Positions 18,895-22,177 of a stretch of 22,177 nt of DNA are shown here, in pieces (within the stretch, counting starts at the first letter, position 1; every line of letters starts with the position of its first letter). A model generated the notes under the pieces. That model was given only the letters and a program-made list of their open reading frames with translations. It made no database searches and had not been told where the DNA came from. The position numbers were made by a program, and so were the translations under genes. This stretch comes from Sulfurimonadaceae bacterium. Lineage in GTDB: Bacteria; Campylobacterota; Campylobacteria; Campylobacterales; Sulfurimonadaceae. The stretch covers positions 1-22,177 of the forward strand of contig JBFESZ010000028.1 in NCBI GenBank assembly GCA_041548245.1. The letters run 5' to 3'.

Positions 18895-21120
18895 TTATGA
18901 CTCTTCTTGAGGGGTACGGTTTTTACACTTAATACATTCATAGACCTCATTGTTTCGGTAGGTACGTTTTGCCAATACTCCGTCACAGCCCGCTTGTTCA
19001 CATTTTTTAAGTGTCGGCTCAAATTTTGAGATAAACTTACACTCCGGATAGTTTTCACATCCCCAAAATGCTCCGCGGCGTGAGCGTCTGAAAAGAAGTT
19101 TTCCACCACATTCAGGGCACGGGACATCTGATGTCGGTGCATTTGCATCATCAAGCGGTTTGGTATTTTTACATTCTGGATAGGCTGAACAAGCTAGGAA
19201 CTTACCGTTACGGCCATTTTTAATGACCATCTCTGCACCACATTTGTCACACTTTTGATCAGTTGTCTCTTCTTGAACCGGTACGGCAGCTGTCTCACCA
19301 TCGGTTTCGACCTGTTCAGTATATTTACATTTAGGAAAACCGGAACATGCAATAAAGTTTCCATAGCGTCCGCCTCGAAGAAGGAGTTCTTCCCCACATT
19401 TTGGACAATTACGTCCAAGAGGCTGTGCCAGTTTTTGACTTTTTATCTTCTCTTTCCCTTCCGTGATCTTGTCCATAAAAGGGAAATAGAAGTCATGAAG
19501 TACTTTCTGCCAGTCTTTTCCTTCTTCCGCAATCTCATCAAGGACCTCTTCCATGTTGGAAGTAAACTCGGCATCGACGATCTCAGTGAAATGTTTCTCC
19601 AGCATCTCTGTCACTTTAAAAGCGACTTCAGTAGGTATGATTTGACGTTTTTCTATATCGATGTACATACGTGCCTGAAGGGTAGAGATGGTAGGAGCAT
19701 AAGTCGATGGACGACCAATGCCTTCTGTCTCAAGTTTTTTGATAAGACTGGCTTCTGAATAGCGTGAAGGAGGTTCTGTAAAATGCTGTTCCGTCGTCAG
19801 TGATGTGAGATCGGCTTTTTCGCCCTCTTTGAGTGTGGGTAAAAGCTTGTCTTTGTCATCAGCCCCGACAACTTTATAGAAACCGTCAAATACCAGCTTA
19901 CGCCCATTCGCTTTGAACTCGGCGCTCTCGCTTTTAAAGATTATACTTTGTTGTTCGAACTGTGCATCCGTCATTTGGCAAGCAAGAAAGCGGTTGTAGA
20001 TCAAAGTATAGAGTTTTAATTCGTCCGGTTTGAGGTAGTCTTTGGCGATTTTGGGTGTGAACTCAAGCATAGTAGGGCGGATGGCCTCATGCGCTTCTTG
20101 TGCACCTTTCGCTTTCTTGACATAAGATTTGGCTTCCTTAGGAAGGTAGGCTTTGCCATATTCTCTTTCGATGAGAACACGTGCAGCATCTACGGCTTCG
20201 GCAGCCATGTTAAGGCTGTCTGTTCTCATATAGGTGATAACACCAGATGTTCCTTCAGGCGTTTTGACTCCTTCATAGAGCGTCTGTGCGAGCATCATGG
20301 TCTTCTTAGGTGAGAGTGAGAGCTTGGATGAAGCCGTCTGCTGAAGAGTCGATGTCATAAATGGCGGTGGTGTGGAGGTTTTGCGCTTTTTCGTTTCAAT
20401 GGAGGCTACGATAAACGCTTCACCTTTAAGTGTCTCTACAATAGCCTTGGCCTCTTTCTCATTAGAGATGGAAAGTTTGTCCATCTTCTCGTTTTTATAG
20501 CTGTGAAATACCGACTCGATGTTTTTGTTGAAGATAGAGTCGATCGACCAGTACTCTTGAGGTACAAAGGCTTTTATTTCACGCTCTTTATCAACGATGA
20601 TTTTTAAGGTCGATGACTGGACACGTCCTCCGGAAAGGCCTTTCTGTATCTTAGAACTCAAAAGAGGAGAGAGTTTGTAGCCAACGATACGATCAAGAAG
20701 CCTGCGCGTCTGTTGGGCATTGACCATATCCATATTAACGGTGCGTGCCTCTTCGAGGGCATGTTCGATCGCGGTTTTTGTAATCTCGTGGAAGACGATT
20801 CGTGGCAGTGTCTGCGGGTCTTTTTTGATGGCATGAGCGATGTGCCATCCGATGGCTTCTCCTTCACGGTCCTCATCGGTCGCGATATAGATGGTGTCTG
20901 CTTTTTTTGCCAACTCTTTGATCTTTTTTACCGTGGGAGCATTCTCTTTGGCGACAGAGTACTCGGGCGTAAGTACATTGTCATCGTCTACTTTGATACC
21001 GAATCGTGATTTTGGAAGGTCGCGAATATGCCCCTTTGAAGCGATAACCTCATAATCCTTACCTAAAAAATTTTTAATGGTCCTGGCTTTTGCCGGAGAT
21101 TCCACAATGATTAAATTCAA
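18895..21120 (-). CDS. topA: DNA topoisomerase I (type IA) with four C-terminal zinc ribbons
   Basis: LIIVESPAKA, ATDEDREGEAI, GRVQS, ITYMRTDS, QEAHEAIRPT, GIGRPSTY; Cys clusters CPKC/C..FPKC, CDKC/C..YPEC, CPEC/C..YPEC, CEQAGC/CIKC; TTG start after AAGG. Confidence 0.99.
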   Translation of the reverse strand: MNLIIVESPAKARTIKNFLGKDYEVIASKGHIRDLPKSRFGIKVDDDNVLTPEYSVAKENAPTVKKIKELAKKADTIYIATDEDREGEAIGWHIAHAIKKDPQTLPRIVFHEITKTAIEHALEEARTVNMDMVNAQQTRRLLDRIVGYKLSPLLSSKIQKGLSGGRVQSSTLKIIVDKEREIKAFVPQEYWSIDSIFNKNIESVFHSYKNEKMDKLSISNEKEAKAIVETLKGEAFIVASIETKKRKTSTPPPFMTSTLQQTASSKLSLSPKKTMMLAQTLYEGVKTPEGTSGVITYMRTDSLNMAAEAVDAARVLIEREYGKAYLPKEAKSYVKKAKGAQEAHEAIRPTMLEFTPKIAKDYLKPDELKLYTLIYNRFLACQMTDAQFEQQSIIFKSESAEFKANGRKLVFDGFYKVVGADDKDKLLPTLKEGEKADLTSLTTEQHFTEPPSRYSEASLIKKLETEGIGRPSTYAPTISTLQARMYIDIEKRQIIPTEVAFKVTEMLEKHFTEIVDAEFTSNMEEVLDEIAEEGKDWQKVLHDFYFPFMDKITEGKEKIKSQKLAQPLGRNCPKCGEELLLRGGRYGNFIACSGFPKCKYTEQVETDGETAAVPVQEETTDQKCDKCGAEMVIKNGRNGKFLACSAYPECKNTKPLDDANAPTSDVPCPECGGKLLFRRSRRGAFWGCENYPECKFISKFEPTLKKCEQAGCDGVLAKRTYRNNEVYECIKCKNRTPQEES

Positions 21121-21299
21121 TGCTTGCCTTTTTTGTTCTTACTATATATATGGAAAATCTAATTAAGTGCGAAAGTGTAACAAAAAAAATGTTTATTTCT
21201 ATAAAACTTTTGAATTAGCTTCATATCTTGAGTAAGAGAGGCAATTGGCCAATGATATTGGGATGTCACTGAAAAAGTTTGTAAAAAATTGAAAATTGT

Positions 21300-21327
21300 C
21301 TACATTTTTTTTACAAGCTGTCGATAA
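21300..21327 (+). promoter_or_regulatory. Sigma28 (FliA) promoter of the flagellin gene
   Basis: CTACA-N15-GTCGATAA versus consensus CTAAA-N15-GCCGATAA, exact 15-nt spacer, 64 nt upstream of the flagellin ATG. Confidence 0.75.
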
Positions 21328-21335
21328 TACTTTTA

Positions 21336-21391
21336 CAGCAAGGACGCTGAATATTAAACAGAAGCATTTGCTTCGGATAAAAGGATTTATC
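21336..21391 (+). promoter_or_regulatory. Flagellin 5' UTR with CsrA-type GGA stem-loops
   Basis: CAGC-AAGGAC-GCTG (21336-21349) and GATAA-AAGGAT-TTATC (21376-21391, loop is the SD); a GAAGC-ATTT-GCTTC hairpin lies between them. Confidence 0.65.
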
Positions 21392-22177
21392 ATGGGTTTT
21401 AGAATTAATACAAATATTGCAGCTATGGATTCACATAGAAATGCGACAATGATTAACAGAGGTCTTGACAAGTCATTAAGTGCATTGTCATCAGGTTTAC
21501 GTATCAACTCGGCAGCAGACGACGCATCGGGTCTGGTAATTGCAGATTCTCTTCGTTCTCAAGCGAACTCACTTGGTCAAGCGATTCGTAACGGTAATGA
21601 TGCTATTGGTATTATCCAAACAGCGGATAAAGCGATGGATGAGCAGATCAAGATTCTTGATACAATCAAAACGAAAGCTATCCAAGCGGCTCAAGATGGT
21701 CAAAGTGCTGACTCTCGTAGAACACTGCAAGCGGATATCGTGCGTTTGATGGAATCACTTGATAATATTGCATCAACAACTTCATTTAATGGTAAAGCAC
21801 TGCTTTCTGGACAGTTCACAAATGCTAACTTTCAACTTGGTGCATACACTAATCAGACAGTTTCTACAAGTATTGGTGCGACGAGTACAGATAAGATTGG
21901 TCAATCACGTTTTGAAACATTTGAAGATGTAAATGCTGGTGCAAGTGGTTCAGTCACATTAACGTTTACAGGTACTGCAGCAGATCCAACTGATGTTGTT
22001 ACTTTAGAGTCAGTTGTTATCGGTAGTGGCGCAGGTGAAGGTGTGGGTGCTTTAGCTGAAGTCATTAACAAAAACAGTGACCTTCTTGGCGTAAAAGCAA
22101 GTTATAGTGTTCAGACAACTGGTACAGCTGCAGTTGCTTCAGCAGCTTCTGCATCATTCTCTATTAATGGTGTAAGC
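21392..22177 (+). CDS. flaA: Flagellin, likely the sigma28-driven major flagellin (3' end beyond window)
   Basis: Manual translation is open for 262 codons: [11 protein letters not shown]...[16 protein letters not shown]...[28 protein letters not shown]...[11 protein letters not shown]. FlaA versus FlaB is assigned only from the promoter type. Confidence 0.9.
   Translation, partial: MGFRINTNIAAMDSHRNATMINRGLDKSLSALSSGLRINSAADDASGLVIADSLRSQANSLGQAIRNGNDAIGIIQTADKAMDEQIKILDTIKTKAIQAAQDGQSADSRRTLQADIVRLMESLDNIASTTSFNGKALLSGQFTNANFQLGAYTNQTVSTSIGATSTDKIGQSRFETFEDVNAGASGSVTLTFTGTAADPTDVVTLESVVIGSGAGEGVGALAEVINKNSDLLGVKASYSVQTTGTAAVASAASASFSINGVS

Noticed and set aside
19255..19758. 167-aa plus-strand ORF and other 60-160 aa ORFs nested in real genes
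   Set aside because: They lie antisense or out of frame within clearly identified genes and show no family motifs.
21241..21262. TTGGCCAA as a possible sigma54 -24 box for flagellin
   Set aside because: No GC at the required GG-N10-GC spacing on either strand, and a good sigma28 site exists.
21305..21312. T8 tract inside the sigma28 spacer as a phase-variation switch
   Set aside because: Short A/T runs are common in these promoters, and a single sequence gives no evidence of length variation.

Overview
Mostly core chromosome of a free-living Campylobacterota (Epsilonproteobacteria) bacterium, probably Sulfurimonas/Sulfuricurvum-like (inferred from gene order, protein style and flagellin motif). 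Left to right: a 515+ aa Hpt-pseudoreceiver-HDOD signalling gene (minus strand, runs off the left edge, absent from the ORF track), purM, a membrane hybrid sensor kinase, cdsA-dxr-YdeN-like hydrolase-tsaD, tpx, a beta-barrel outer-membrane protein, murB-fliQ-mqnD (minus) divergent from recA-eno-ftsB-like-AMIN-aroK, then a minus-strand topA-phosphoesterase-bioB-antiporter operon divergent from a flagellin gene (runs off the right edge, absent from the ORF track). I see no mobile elements, CRISPR arrays, tRNA or rRNA. There is no obvious new multi-gene system. The best leads are the Hpt-pseudoreceiver-HDOD protein next to an Hpt-less hybrid kinase, a BioB with rearranged auxiliary-cluster ligands, twin 19-bp palindromes in the recA promoter, and a sigma28 promoter plus CsrA-type GGA hairpins in the flagellin leader.
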